Virus record (IMG/VR): IMGVR_UViG_3300042868_007959
Span: 189,880-253,879 of that record
DNA: 64,000 bases
Direction: 5' to 3' (one strand)
Below are positions 37,789 through 47,562 of this stretch, piece after piece. How positions within the stretch are numbered: the stretch's first letter is position 1; every line of letters starts with the position of its first letter. The position numbers were made by a program, and so were the translations under genes. Under the pieces are notes generated by a model that saw only the letters and a list, made by a program, of their open reading frames with translations, searched no databases and had not been told where the DNA came from.

Positions 37789-39846
37789 ATGAAAAAAAAC
37801 AATTTAACAGAAGAATTAAATAGGATAAAGAATCTAATGGTTTACAATAATGGAGACTATAGAAATCCTATATATGAATTTGAGTTATTAAATGAAGCCC
37901 CTACTGATGAAGTAAAAGAAGTTTCTTTACAAGCCAATTTTAAATCAGGTAGATGGAAAGATACATCGTTACCAAAAACAGAAATTTTGGCTGAACTTAA
38001 AGAAGCAATAGATTGGCTAAAACAAAAATCTAAAGAAATAAAAGATAGTGGTGGTATAATAGGTGGACAAGCAAAAATTTTAACAGTTCAAATAGAAGCT
38101 GGAGAATCACAAGTAACCAATTACGATGCTGAAGTAGATCCTAAAGTCAAATTAGAAGAAAAAGTTTTATCTGAAAGAAGGGCTAAGACTATACAAACTT
38201 TCTTAACTAATTACTTTAAAAAATTACAAAAAGATAAGACTATTGATGCAATACCTGTATTTGAGGCACCTGTAGTTAAAATTGGTCCAACACCTTGGAA
38301 TCCTAAAGGAGGTGATGAAGCGACAGATAAAAAATTTACTAAAGAACAATATATAAAAGTTAATTTTAAATTAACTCCACCTTCAGCTTGTTTGGAGGGA
38401 TTAGTTATTGAGGTTATGTATGTAAAAGAACCGAATCCTTCATTTCCATGTAGAGGAGGACACCAATGTGACGACGCATTATTTGATGTTTATTTGAATG
38501 AGACTAAATTAGATGGGGTAGCTAACTTAAATAATGCCGAAGATGGTGGAAGTAGAAGTTCTAAATTTGTAGTTTCACCACAACAAGCGTTATCGATATT
38601 AGGTAATAAACCAGGAAACATTATGATATCTTTTGTATGTAAAAACAAAGATAAAAGATGTCACTCAAGTACACCTGAGATTAGATTAAGTAAAGGTGGT
38701 ACAGTTGTATATCACGAATGTACACCCTCAATCAGTGAAACTAATGATTATTCTAAAATAGATGTGATGGAATTAGATGCGTGTGGTAATTTAATTAAAA
38801 AGGGTCAAGAAAAGAAAACTGCACAAAAAGATGAATCTTTAATGAAACCACCTGCAGGTATCAAAAAAGGGTGGGTGGTTTACGACATTGCAACTAAATT
38901 ACCTGTTTTTAAAGATACTTCGGCTTCTACAGATTTACAAGAAAATATTTACAAAAAATACTTACCATTATACGGTTATAATTTTGGTGGTTACGAACCT
39001 GAGATTTATAAAGGTAATTGTAATGAAGCAAAAATTTACGGTGGATGGTGTTTGTGGTCAGGTATAAAAATTAATTATGTAAATGATCAATTTTGTGGTG
39101 GAGCTGAATCGGGTTCGTCATATAAATTAGGTTCAGAAAGTACGGTTAATACTAATTTAGGTAAAAGTATAACTAATAGTATGAGGAATTATATGTTAGA
39201 TAATTGTGATAGTTCTACTATGGGAGTAGAATTGGGTGACATAATAACAGTTAAAAAAGATGATATACCAAAACAATTTAATTTTAAAAGATTATATTCT
39301 CCATTAGGAGTTTATTCTAACCCAAAAATTGTCGGTAATGCATCTACACCATTTAAATTAGTTCCAAATGAAAAACCTAATGGTATAAATTTCACACCTA
39401 AATTATTTACAGATTTTGTTAATAATATATATGGCACAGAACAAACCACAATAAAAACTCAAAACCTAATCAATTTAATCACAACCACTACTGTTTCTGA
39501 TTTAAGTGATTCGACAAATGCAATATCATTCTTCATCACCACTACAGATGAAACTTTTGGATCTACAACATTTCCTAATTCAACAAAAATCGATTCGTAT
39601 GTTAGTAAATATAATACATTTAAAAATGAAAAATTAACGGGAAGTGTTGTAGTTGGTGGATTTAAAGAAATACAAAATACATTTCTTAGTTTAAGTGTTA
39701 TCAGAAAATATGAAAAGGGTATTTTTAAAAACAATACTTTACGTGTTATGTTATATGGAAATCAACCATATTCATCAGTTGCGCAAAAATTGATATCTTT
39801 AGGATTGATTAAAGAAAAAAGTGGTAAATTAGTTTTATCTAAATAA
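37789..39846 (+). CDS. leader-bearing protein with OmpA-C-like domain (paralog B)
   Basis: MKKNNLTEELNRIKNLM; FKSG, IEAGESQVTN...LSERRAKTIQTFL...EQYIKV. Confidence 0.55.
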   Translation: MKKNNLTEELNRIKNLMVYNNGDYRNPIYEFELLNEAPTDEVKEVSLQANFKSGRWKDTSLPKTEILAELKEAIDWLKQKSKEIKDSGGIIGGQAKILTVQIEAGESQVTNYDAEVDPKVKLEEKVLSERRAKTIQTFLTNYFKKLQKDKTIDAIPVFEAPVVKIGPTPWNPKGGDEATDKKFTKEQYIKVNFKLTPPSACLEGLVIEVMYVKEPNPSFPCRGGHQCDDALFDVYLNETKLDGVANLNNAEDGGSRSSKFVVSPQQALSILGNKPGNIMISFVCKNKDKRCHSSTPEIRLSKGGTVVYHECTPSISETNDYSKIDVMELDACGNLIKKGQEKKTAQKDESLMKPPAGIKKGWVVYDIATKLPVFKDTSASTDLQENIYKKYLPLYGYNFGGYEPEIYKGNCNEAKIYGGWCLWSGIKINYVNDQFCGGAESGSSYKLGSESTVNTNLGKSITNSMRNYMLDNCDSSTMGVELGDIITVKKDDIPKQFNFKRLYSPLGVYSNPKIVGNASTPFKLVPNEKPNGINFTPKLFTDFVNNIYGTEQTTIKTQNLINLITTTTVSDLSDSTNAISFFITTTDETFGSTTFPNSTKIDSYVSKYNTFKNEKLTGSVVVGGFKEIQNTFLSLSVIRKYEKGIFKNNTLRVMLYGNQPYSSVAQKLISLGLIKEKSGKLVLSK

Positions 39847-40065
39847 TTATTCAGATTCCACACTAAAACGAGTGGATTTAATAATTTTTTTATCTTCTTT
39901 AGACATTTCTCTAATAGTCTCTTTGTATGCACGTTTTAGGATTCTATCGTATTGACGTTCAGTTATACATGTGCCATCCGTCAACTCAATCGATTTTTCA
40001 GTCGCACAAGACGTAAGTGAAAAAATACTTACAAAGAATACTGTTTTAAAAATTAAATTTTTCAT
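39847..40065 (-). CDS. small lipoprotein
   Basis: MKNLIFKTVFFVSIFSLTSC signal peptide with lipobox. Confidence 0.7.
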   Translation of the reverse strand: MKNLIFKTVFFVSIFSLTSCATEKSIELTDGTCITERQYDRILKRAYKETIREMSKEDKKIIKSTRFSVESE

Positions 40066-40085
40066 AGTGTTTGATTTTATATAAA

Positions 40086-40117
40086 CAAATGTATATAAAA
40101 CATTTTAAACTGCCAAA
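40086..40117 (-). promoter_or_regulatory. Bacteroidota-type promoter
   Basis: TTTG-N20-TACATTTG, perfect consensus. Confidence 0.7.
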
Positions 40118-40187
40118 TTTTTAATTAATTTTTTTTTAATATTTAAAAATAAAACTTTAATATCTATACTTAGATAAAAAGTTTATT

Positions 40188-41444
40188 ATGAGTAAAATTA
40201 AAGTATTAGTTGTCCCAAGTGACAGAACAGGAGTTTCGTATTATAGATCTACAATACCCCATATTAAATTAGAAGAATATTTTCCGAATGACTTTCATGT
40301 TGATATTGATTATGAACCTGAATTATTAAATGATAATTTTTTAAAACAGTATGACTTAATACATTATCATAGAACTTTAGGTGACTATAACGATATAAAA
40401 GGAATATTAGATAGATGTGATAGATTAGGTATCGCAACAATTATGGATATAGATGATCATTGGGCACCAGGATCAGATCACCCAGCTTGGGAAATTATTA
40501 AGTCTAATGAGTTAGATAAGAAAATCCTTAACAATATAAAGGTATCTAAAAATGTCACTACTACAACAAAAATATTTGCTGATGAGATAAGTAAACATAA
40601 TAAAAATGTATTTGTAATACCAAATGCAATCGATCCTTTAGAAAAACAATATCAAAATAACTCTGAAAAAAGTGAAAGGATAAGAATTGGATGGTTAGGT
40701 GGTTCATCTCATTTAAAGGATTTGGAAATATTAAAAGGTTTAATGACTAAATTGAGACATGATGGTTTAATCGATAAAGTACAATTTGTCTTATGTGGAT
40801 TTGATTTAAGAGGTACTATGACTTTAATCGATCAAAAGACTGGACAACAAACACAAAGACCGATAAAACCAAAAGAATCTGTTTGGTATTTATATGAAAA
40901 AATATTTACTGATGATTATAAAATTGTTAGTGAAGAGTATAGAGATTTTTTACTTTCTTTTGAAAATAAAGAATATGAAAATGTTATGAATGAGCCATAT
41001 AGAAGAGTATGGACAAAACCTATTACTTCTTATGCCTCAAATTATAATCTATTTGATATATCATTGGCACCATTAAAAGAGAGTAACTTCAATAAAGTTA
41101 AATCACAATTAAAAATAATTGAGTCTGGATTCCATAAAAAAGCGGTAATCGCACAAGATTTTGGACCTTATCAAATAGATGTCATTGATTCATATGAAAA
41201 AGGTGGTACTATAAATCAAAACGGTAACGGGTTTTTAGTCCCTACATCAAAAAACCATAAATTATGGTATTCGCATTTAAAAAGATTAATAGAAAATCCT
41301 GAATTAATTACTAGTATGGGTGAAAATCTATATAATACTGTTAATGGTAGATACGATATGAAAACAGTTTGTGGACAAAGAAGTGAATTATATAAAAAAT
41401 TAGTTTCAGAAAAAAAATATGTCGATGTTGATTTAGTCAATTAA
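40188..41444 (+). CDS. GT-B fold glycosyltransferase (GT4-like)
   Basis: GVSYYR..PH, MDIDDHW, VIPNAID, IGWLGGSSH..DL, DISLAPL...FNKVKSQLKIIE. Confidence 0.85.
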   Translation: MSKIKVLVVPSDRTGVSYYRSTIPHIKLEEYFPNDFHVDIDYEPELLNDNFLKQYDLIHYHRTLGDYNDIKGILDRCDRLGIATIMDIDDHWAPGSDHPAWEIIKSNELDKKILNNIKVSKNVTTTTKIFADEISKHNKNVFVIPNAIDPLEKQYQNNSEKSERIRIGWLGGSSHLKDLEILKGLMTKLRHDGLIDKVQFVLCGFDLRGTMTLIDQKTGQQTQRPIKPKESVWYLYEKIFTDDYKIVSEEYRDFLLSFENKEYENVMNEPYRRVWTKPITSYASNYNLFDISLAPLKESNFNKVKSQLKIIESGFHKKAVIAQDFGPYQIDVIDSYEKGGTINQNGNGFLVPTSKNHKLWYSHLKRLIENPELITSMGENLYNTVNGRYDMKTVCGQRSELYKKLVSEKKYVDVDLVN

Positions 41445-41473
41445 AATCTTTATTCTTATATAAAAATATTAAT

Positions 41474-42040
41474 ATGGAATTAAAAGAAAAAATTATTAAA
41501 AACAGAGAAAAGTTCGACAAGACTTCAAAGACTAATGATATATTTAGTGAATCTTTAGTGAATTTTTTAGGTGAAGATTTATTCACTGCACCTGCATCTA
41601 ATATGGAAAGTATGTACAATGCATTTCCAGGAGGTTTAATCGATCACATTTTAAAAGTCACCAAATATGCAGTTTATTTAAATGATAGTTTACCTGAAAA
41701 TATAAGGGTAGATAAAAAATCTATCATTAAGGTATGTTTCTTACACCAGATAGGTAAGACATTTTTATATAAATTTTGTGAATCTGAATGGCATAGAAAT
41801 AATTTAGGTAAAATGTATGATTTTAATGAGGATTTAATCTCTATGAAAATAGGTGAAAGATCCGCATACTACGCCTTATCTAATGGAGTTGAGTTAACAG
41901 AAGAGGAATACCAATCGATTATTAATTATGATAAATCGGAAGATGATAAACAATCTAAATGGTATGGATCAACATTATCCACTCTACTAAGACAGGCAAA
42001 TGAATTATCAATAATAGAATGTAAAAAAATAAATAAATGA
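41474..42040 (+). CDS. YhaM-like HD-fold protein with degenerate metal ligands
   Basis: APAS...AFPGGLIDH, FLHQIGK (HD to HQ), LLRQAN. Confidence 0.65.
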   Translation: MELKEKIIKNREKFDKTSKTNDIFSESLVNFLGEDLFTAPASNMESMYNAFPGGLIDHILKVTKYAVYLNDSLPENIRVDKKSIIKVCFLHQIGKTFLYKFCESEWHRNNLGKMYDFNEDLISMKIGERSAYYALSNGVELTEEEYQSIINYDKSEDDKQSKWYGSTLSTLLRQANELSIIECKKINK

Positions 42041-42615
42041 TAGATAACGATGATTTTGACTCTTCTTTTGCGAAAGACCTTAGAGAGTTAGACGAATTAA
42101 ATGCGTTGATGTCTCAAATAGAGACATTAGATAACAAAAATTTATTTGATCTTGATATCAATGATTTTAAAATAAGAACAAAATTTACAAATAATTCTAA
42201 TAATCCAGATCCTGAATACGCAAAGATTGGTGATAGTGGATTCGATTTAAGGGCATTTATTTCAGAACCGATTACTTTGAAACCTTTGGAAAGAAAGTTA
42301 ATACCTACTGGTTTACGTTTTGAATTAACCCCAAATACTGAATTACAAGTTAGACCTAGAAGTGGTATGGCACTTAAATATGGTATTTCTGTTTTAAACA
42401 CTCCTGGTACAGTGGACGAGGGTTACAGAGGTGATGTAGGTATTATCGCAGTTAACTTAAGTAACGATGACTATACGATACAACCAGGGGAAAGAATCGC
42501 ACAAGGAGTTATTGTCAATGTAATAGGGCAAGGAATTAGTGATCTTTCCAAAGTAAATAATTTATCTGAAACTGAAAGAGGTGAAGGTGGATTTGGATCA
42601 AGTGGTAAATATTAA
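42037..42615 (+). CDS. dut: trimeric dUTPase
   Basis: SGFDLRA, RPRSG, GTVDEGYRG, RIAQ, RGEGGFGSSG. Confidence 0.95.
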   Translation: MIDNDDFDSSFAKDLRELDELNALMSQIETLDNKNLFDLDINDFKIRTKFTNNSNNPDPEYAKIGDSGFDLRAFISEPITLKPLERKLIPTGLRFELTPNTELQVRPRSGMALKYGISVLNTPGTVDEGYRGDVGIIAVNLSNDDYTIQPGERIAQGVIVNVIGQGISDLSKVNNLSETERGEGGFGSSGKY

Positions 42616-42621
42616 TGTTAT

Positions 42622-44196
42622 ATGATTAGTGTAGTATTCTCAACAAGAACTGATAACCAAAAACATATTAACCATTTAAAGCATTCATCAGGATTATCTA
42701 AAAATATAGAAATTTTACAATATGTTAATAATGGAGAATATTCGTTAACTGAAATATATAATAGAGGCTTAAAAGATTCTAAATATGACATTGTAATTTT
42801 CTGTCATGATGATATTCTATTTAATAAGGATGGTTGGGGTAAAAAAATAATTAATCACTTTAATCGCAGTGACTTTTCTATCTTAGGTATTGCAGGAACT
42901 ACTGATATACCTTTATCAGGTAAATGGTGGGAAGATAGCACCAAAATGGTAGGTATTGTAAAACACTCTAATGGTGGTAGAACTTGGGAATCCAAGTATT
43001 CATCGAATTTCGGTGATGATATTTTAGAAGTGGTAACTACTGATGGATTATTTTTTGCGTGTCACAAACAAAGAATAAAAACAGATTTCGATGAGAATTT
43101 AAAAGGTTTTCACTTCTACGACATAGATTTTACTTATAACAATCATCTACTAGGTTCAAAAGTGGGGGTAATCTTTGATGTTAAAGTTACACATATGTCT
43201 ATAGGTGAGACTAATTCTCAATGGGAAAGTAATCGTCTACAGTTTGTTGAGAAATATAAAGATAGTTTACCTCATAAAATTGAACCTGAAATAAGGGTAG
43301 AACACAAAGAAATCAATTTAAAAGAAACCCCAAAATTATCGATAATTATACCAACTAAAGGTAATGTTGATTTTTTAAAACAATGTATTGACTCTATATA
43401 TGATAATGATGGGTATACTATGTTTAAAATTTATATTGCAGATACAGGATCAACTGAAGAAGAAATTAATATCATTAAAGAATATATTTCTAAAATGGGT
43501 GATCAGATAAAATTAATTGAGTACGATTATTATAATTTTGCCAAAATAAATAATGATGTAGTCAATAATCATATAGAAAAAGATACTGAAGTTTTATTAT
43601 TTTGTAATAATGATATTAAGTTAGTAAATAATGCAATCACTAAAATGATTGATACCTATAATAAAAATAAAAACACTGTGGGTACTATTGGTGCCAGATT
43701 ACATTATGGTAACAACACCATACAACACTCAGGAATTATAATGTATATATCACAAAATGGTAGAGTTAATGGACAAAAACGTTTAGTAAATATACATTTA
43801 TCTCATTATGGGTTGCGTTCATACTATAACTACCATGTAGACACTAAAAAAGATGTATTTGGTAATACTGCTGCATTTATGATGATATCTAAAAATCTTT
43901 TTTTGGATATTGGTGGCTTTAATACTTCATACAATGAATGTTTCGAAGATGTCCAATTAAATGTTGAATGCATTAGTAGAAATAAAGTAAATATATTTGT
44001 TGGTGAATCTGTATGTTATCACTATGAAAGTATAACTAGAAATAAAAGTGAGGAAAAATTAAAAAGAGAGTCAGAAGACTACACAAAAAGAATAATACCT
44101 TTTATTCTTAATAATAAAAAAACATTTGACTACTTCACTAATATAAAAAGAAAAGATTTTGAAAATTTAATCGGAAATGGAAACACCCCTAATTAA
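42622..44196 (+). CDS. two-domain GT-A (GT2-like) glycosyltransferase
   Basis: YNRGL...FCHDD...FHFYD; SIIIPTK, ADTGS, FAKINN, FCNNDI, FEDV. Confidence 0.88.
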   Translation: MISVVFSTRTDNQKHINHLKHSSGLSKNIEILQYVNNGEYSLTEIYNRGLKDSKYDIVIFCHDDILFNKDGWGKKIINHFNRSDFSILGIAGTTDIPLSGKWWEDSTKMVGIVKHSNGGRTWESKYSSNFGDDILEVVTTDGLFFACHKQRIKTDFDENLKGFHFYDIDFTYNNHLLGSKVGVIFDVKVTHMSIGETNSQWESNRLQFVEKYKDSLPHKIEPEIRVEHKEINLKETPKLSIIIPTKGNVDFLKQCIDSIYDNDGYTMFKIYIADTGSTEEEINIIKEYISKMGDQIKLIEYDYYNFAKINNDVVNNHIEKDTEVLLFCNNDIKLVNNAITKMIDTYNKNKNTVGTIGARLHYGNNTIQHSGIIMYISQNGRVNGQKRLVNIHLSHYGLRSYYNYHVDTKKDVFGNTAAFMMISKNLFLDIGGFNTSYNECFEDVQLNVECISRNKVNIFVGESVCYHYESITRNKSEEKLKRESEDYTKRIIPFILNNKKTFDYFTNIKRKDFENLIGNGNTPN

Positions 44197-44824
44197 CATA
44201 TTAACTAGAACATCTAATAGACCTAAAGGGTTTAAAATTAATGTTGAAAATATAAAAAATCAGACATACAAAAATATTAACCATATTGTCTGTACTGATA
44301 ATAAAGATTCTATAAACTATATTAAAGAAAATGGTATAGAAAATTTTATTTTTATAGATAGAGAGGAGATTATTAAAAATGATAAATCCCCAAACCCGCA
44401 CACTGGAGTATATTCACCACATAACCTTTATTTTAATGAAATGATAAAATTGGTTAATGAGGGATGGGTAATTTATTTAGATGATGACGATAGATTTACT
44501 TCATTAGATACAGTAGAAAAAATAGTTAATATTATTAATGAATGTAATGAAGATTTTTTAATCTATTGGAGAATGATTTATTCGAATGGTGTAGTGTTAC
44601 CAGTGGATATGTCAAATGGTAGATATCCATTCATAGGTGGTATTGGTGGATCGTGTTTTACTTTTAATAGTAAATATCGAAATTTATCTATATGGGATGG
44701 ATGGAAATGTGGTGATTTTAGAGTAATCAAAAAATTACATGATAATATACCAAATAAAGTATGGGTACCTGAAAATTTTATTTTTGTACCATCACAGGGT
44801 TTTGGATTAAAAGAAGATTTATAA
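44177..44824 (+). CDS. GT2-like glycosyltransferase
   Basis: NILTRTSNRP, QTYKN, YLDDDD, GDF. Confidence 0.8.
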   Translation: METPLINILTRTSNRPKGFKINVENIKNQTYKNINHIVCTDNKDSINYIKENGIENFIFIDREEIIKNDKSPNPHTGVYSPHNLYFNEMIKLVNEGWVIYLDDDDRFTSLDTVEKIVNIINECNEDFLIYWRMIYSNGVVLPVDMSNGRYPFIGGIGGSCFTFNSKYRNLSIWDGWKCGDFRVIKKLHDNIPNKVWVPENFIFVPSQGFGLKEDL

Positions 44825-45465
44825 TGGATTTTTTTAACGATAATAACACAGAAATTTTAATAGTAAATTATAATACACCAGATTATATTATAAGATTACA
44901 TAGTCAAATAAGAGAATATATTTCTTCGGAAATAACAATTAATATTATTGACGGTAGTGATGAAAAATTAAAAATTAGGGGTGATGAGTTCCCTCAATTG
45001 AATAAAAGAATGGAACTTATTTTAAAAGAAGATAAGTTTACTAACCACCATTTAATAGGATACAATATCCATCATGGTCCAGGTATGGATTATGGATTAA
45101 AAAAAATACAGAAAAAATATGTCTTAATTTTAGATTCAGATGTTGAAGTTTGTAACAAAGGTTTATTAAATATTTTTTCTAAAAATATCACAAAAGAATT
45201 TTATACTATAGGTAGAATAGTGACAGTTGATGATGGTGGAAATAATACCCATAAAAATGGGTATAAATATGTTCACCCTAGTACAATGATGTTGGATAGG
45301 GAATTTTATATGGGATTTGATATACCTTTTATAAAACACGGTGCACCATGTTTGAATTTTATGAAAAAAATAAACCCTAAATTTTTAATAGATATTAAGA
45401 ATATTGATGATTATGTGAAATACGTTGGTCGAGGTACTAGAAAATTTTTTGGTATGAATTTATAA
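44824..45465 (+). CDS. GT2-like glycosyltransferase
   Basis: IVNYNT, IDGS, NIHHGPGMD, LDSD. Confidence 0.8.
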   Translation: MDFFNDNNTEILIVNYNTPDYIIRLHSQIREYISSEITINIIDGSDEKLKIRGDEFPQLNKRMELILKEDKFTNHHLIGYNIHHGPGMDYGLKKIQKKYVLILDSDVEVCNKGLLNIFSKNITKEFYTIGRIVTVDDGGNNTHKNGYKYVHPSTMMLDREFYMGFDIPFIKHGAPCLNFMKKINPKFLIDIKNIDDYVKYVGRGTRKFFGMNL

Positions 45466-45481
45466 AAATATTGAATAAGTT

Positions 45482-46174
45482 ATGAAGATAAGTTTTAATA
45501 TGGCAACTATGCCTGAAAGGTTGAGTGGGGCAATAAAAACAATAGAATCTATTTATGATCAGGCAGACATAATAAGGTTGTATTTAAATAAATTTGATGA
45601 GGTACCTAATGAATTTAAAAGAGATAAAATTGTTACTCACATAGGAGATGATTTGAGATCGACAGGTAAATTGTTTTGGGCGTTAAATAAAGATGAGTAT
45701 TATTTTTGTATTGATGACGACTTAATTTATCCACCAACGTATTCTAATGATATGATTAGTAAATTAAATGAGTATAATGATGAAATAATTGTATCGTTAC
45801 ATGGTAAAATTTTAAAAGATGGTATAAAAAATAGTTATTTTAGGGATTTAAAATTAGGTCTACATTGTTTACATGATGTGAATGTAGATACTTGGGTACA
45901 TGTAATTGGTAACGGTGTTAGTACATTTAATACTAATAAAATTGTAATTGATTATAAAAAATTTAAATATAACTATATGGACGATATTATGGTATCATTA
46001 GAAGTACAAAAACAAAATAAAGGTGCTTTAGTGATGGCACATAAATCAAACTATCTATTATATAATGCACCAAAAGGGGGTACATTACATGGTGAATATG
46101 CCAATAACGATTCGACTCAAACAGAAATGGTTAATAGTATTGAGTGGGAAATATTACAAAAACCTAAAATTTAA
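45482..46174 (+). CDS. GT-A fold glycosyltransferase
   Basis: MATMPER, GKLF, CIDDDLIYP, GNGV, MDDI. Confidence 0.75.
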   Translation: MKISFNMATMPERLSGAIKTIESIYDQADIIRLYLNKFDEVPNEFKRDKIVTHIGDDLRSTGKLFWALNKDEYYFCIDDDLIYPPTYSNDMISKLNEYNDEIIVSLHGKILKDGIKNSYFRDLKLGLHCLHDVNVDTWVHVIGNGVSTFNTNKIVIDYKKFKYNYMDDIMVSLEVQKQNKGALVMAHKSNYLLYNAPKGGTLHGEYANNDSTQTEMVNSIEWEILQKPKI

Positions 46175-46177
46175 AAT

Positions 46178-46885
46178 ATGGAAAAATATATTATAGGAAC
46201 TGGATGGTGGTGTGATGGTAGCGGCACCCACACACACAGTAAACACCAACCTTATGTAGATAAAAAAACTAGACAAGTAGAATTTTTTGATTTATGGTAT
46301 AAATCTGTTATGAAATTTACTAACCCACATAATATTGTTGTTATTGATTCGAATAGTCCAATAAAACCCAATATTATAGATAAAGAAAATGTTAAATTAT
46401 TTTCTTTAAATCAAAATTATGGTGCTGCGGTAGATGGTACCAGTAAAGGTATTTTATCGGGTTGGGATAGAAGTGTTTTACTTTCCGCAAGTATTTCTTT
46501 TTTGGAAGATGTAGATTATTTTGTTTACGTAGAACAAGATTGTGTTTTATGGGGTACAAATATAATTGAGGATATAATTCGTAGTATGGGTGATAAAAAA
46601 ATTGCGTTAGGTAGTGGAATTGGTACACCTCAGCCAATACAACAGTCTTTAATTGTAGTAAAAAGAGAATATATTCCTACATTTTTAAAACTAGAGTTTG
46701 ATAATGATAAAGAAAATTTAAAAATATCGCCAGAAAATAGATATTATAAACATTTTACAAACGATATAAAATTTTTAGAAATAGATTATGGTAGAAAAAG
46801 ACCCATAGATTTCAATAAAAAACAATTCTATATACAACATTTAAACACTAGTGAATTAGAGCAATATAAAAATAAATTGTTATGA
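46178..46885 (+). CDS. putative glycosyltransferase (GT-A-like)
   Basis: VIDSNSP, YFVYVEQDC (ExD variant), YIQH; lies in the GT cluster. Confidence 0.55.
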   Translation: MEKYIIGTGWWCDGSGTHTHSKHQPYVDKKTRQVEFFDLWYKSVMKFTNPHNIVVIDSNSPIKPNIIDKENVKLFSLNQNYGAAVDGTSKGILSGWDRSVLLSASISFLEDVDYFVYVEQDCVLWGTNIIEDIIRSMGDKKIALGSGIGTPQPIQQSLIVVKREYIPTFLKLEFDNDKENLKISPENRYYKHFTNDIKFLEIDYGRKRPIDFNKKQFYIQHLNTSELEQYKNKLL

Positions 46886-47451
46886 GTAAATTTAAGATAA
46901 ATACGAAGGGTTATTGGGAAAGTGATACATCATATGGGCATCATTTTGACGGTGGTATATATAATGGTATTGTTTCTTTAATTGAAAAATTTGGGGTGAC
47001 AAATGTAGTTGATTTTGGATGTGGGATGGGGGATTATATAAAACGTATTATGGATTTGGGATATAAATGTGAGGCGTATGATGGTAACCCTAACACACCT
47101 TTATTAACAAATGGAATAGGTAAAGTTTTAGATTTTTCCGAAAAGTTTAATCTTAACAGAAAATTTGATTTAGTTATCAGTTTAGAGGTTGGTGAACACA
47201 TTCCGAAAGAGTATGAAAATATTTATATCAATAACATATGTAATCATAGTAATAATTATATACTCATTAGTTGGGCAATTATTGGTCAAAGTGGTGATGG
47301 GCACGTAAATTGCCAAAACAATGATTATGTCATAAAAGAAATGGATAAAAACGGTTTTGAGTATGACGAATTAAACAGTACCAACTTAAGGAACTTAACC
47401 ACAAATGCGTGGTGGTTTAAAAATACAATAATGTTTTTTAAAAAAAAATGA
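46882..47451 (+). CDS. class I SAM-dependent methyltransferase
   Basis: VVDFGCGMG, FDLVISLEVGEHI, GHVNC. Confidence 0.88.
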   Translation: MSKFKINTKGYWESDTSYGHHFDGGIYNGIVSLIEKFGVTNVVDFGCGMGDYIKRIMDLGYKCEAYDGNPNTPLLTNGIGKVLDFSEKFNLNRKFDLVISLEVGEHIPKEYENIYINNICNHSNNYILISWAIIGQSGDGHVNCQNNDYVIKEMDKNGFEYDELNSTNLRNLTTNAWWFKNTIMFFKKK

Positions 47452-47457
47452 GAATAA

Positions 47458-47562
47458 GTTGATACCCCTTATACTATTCATTTGTGGTATGAAAGAGTGA
47501 GTAAAAACATAACTCAAAACAGAAATCAAATTTATAATAACTTAATATTTAAATTAAAATGA
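47458..47562 (+). pseudogene. possible C-terminal remnant of a glycosyltransferase
   Basis: startless frame VDTPYTIHLWYERVSKNITQNRNQIYNNLIFKLK*; YxIHLW resembles GT32-type C-termini. Confidence 0.3.
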
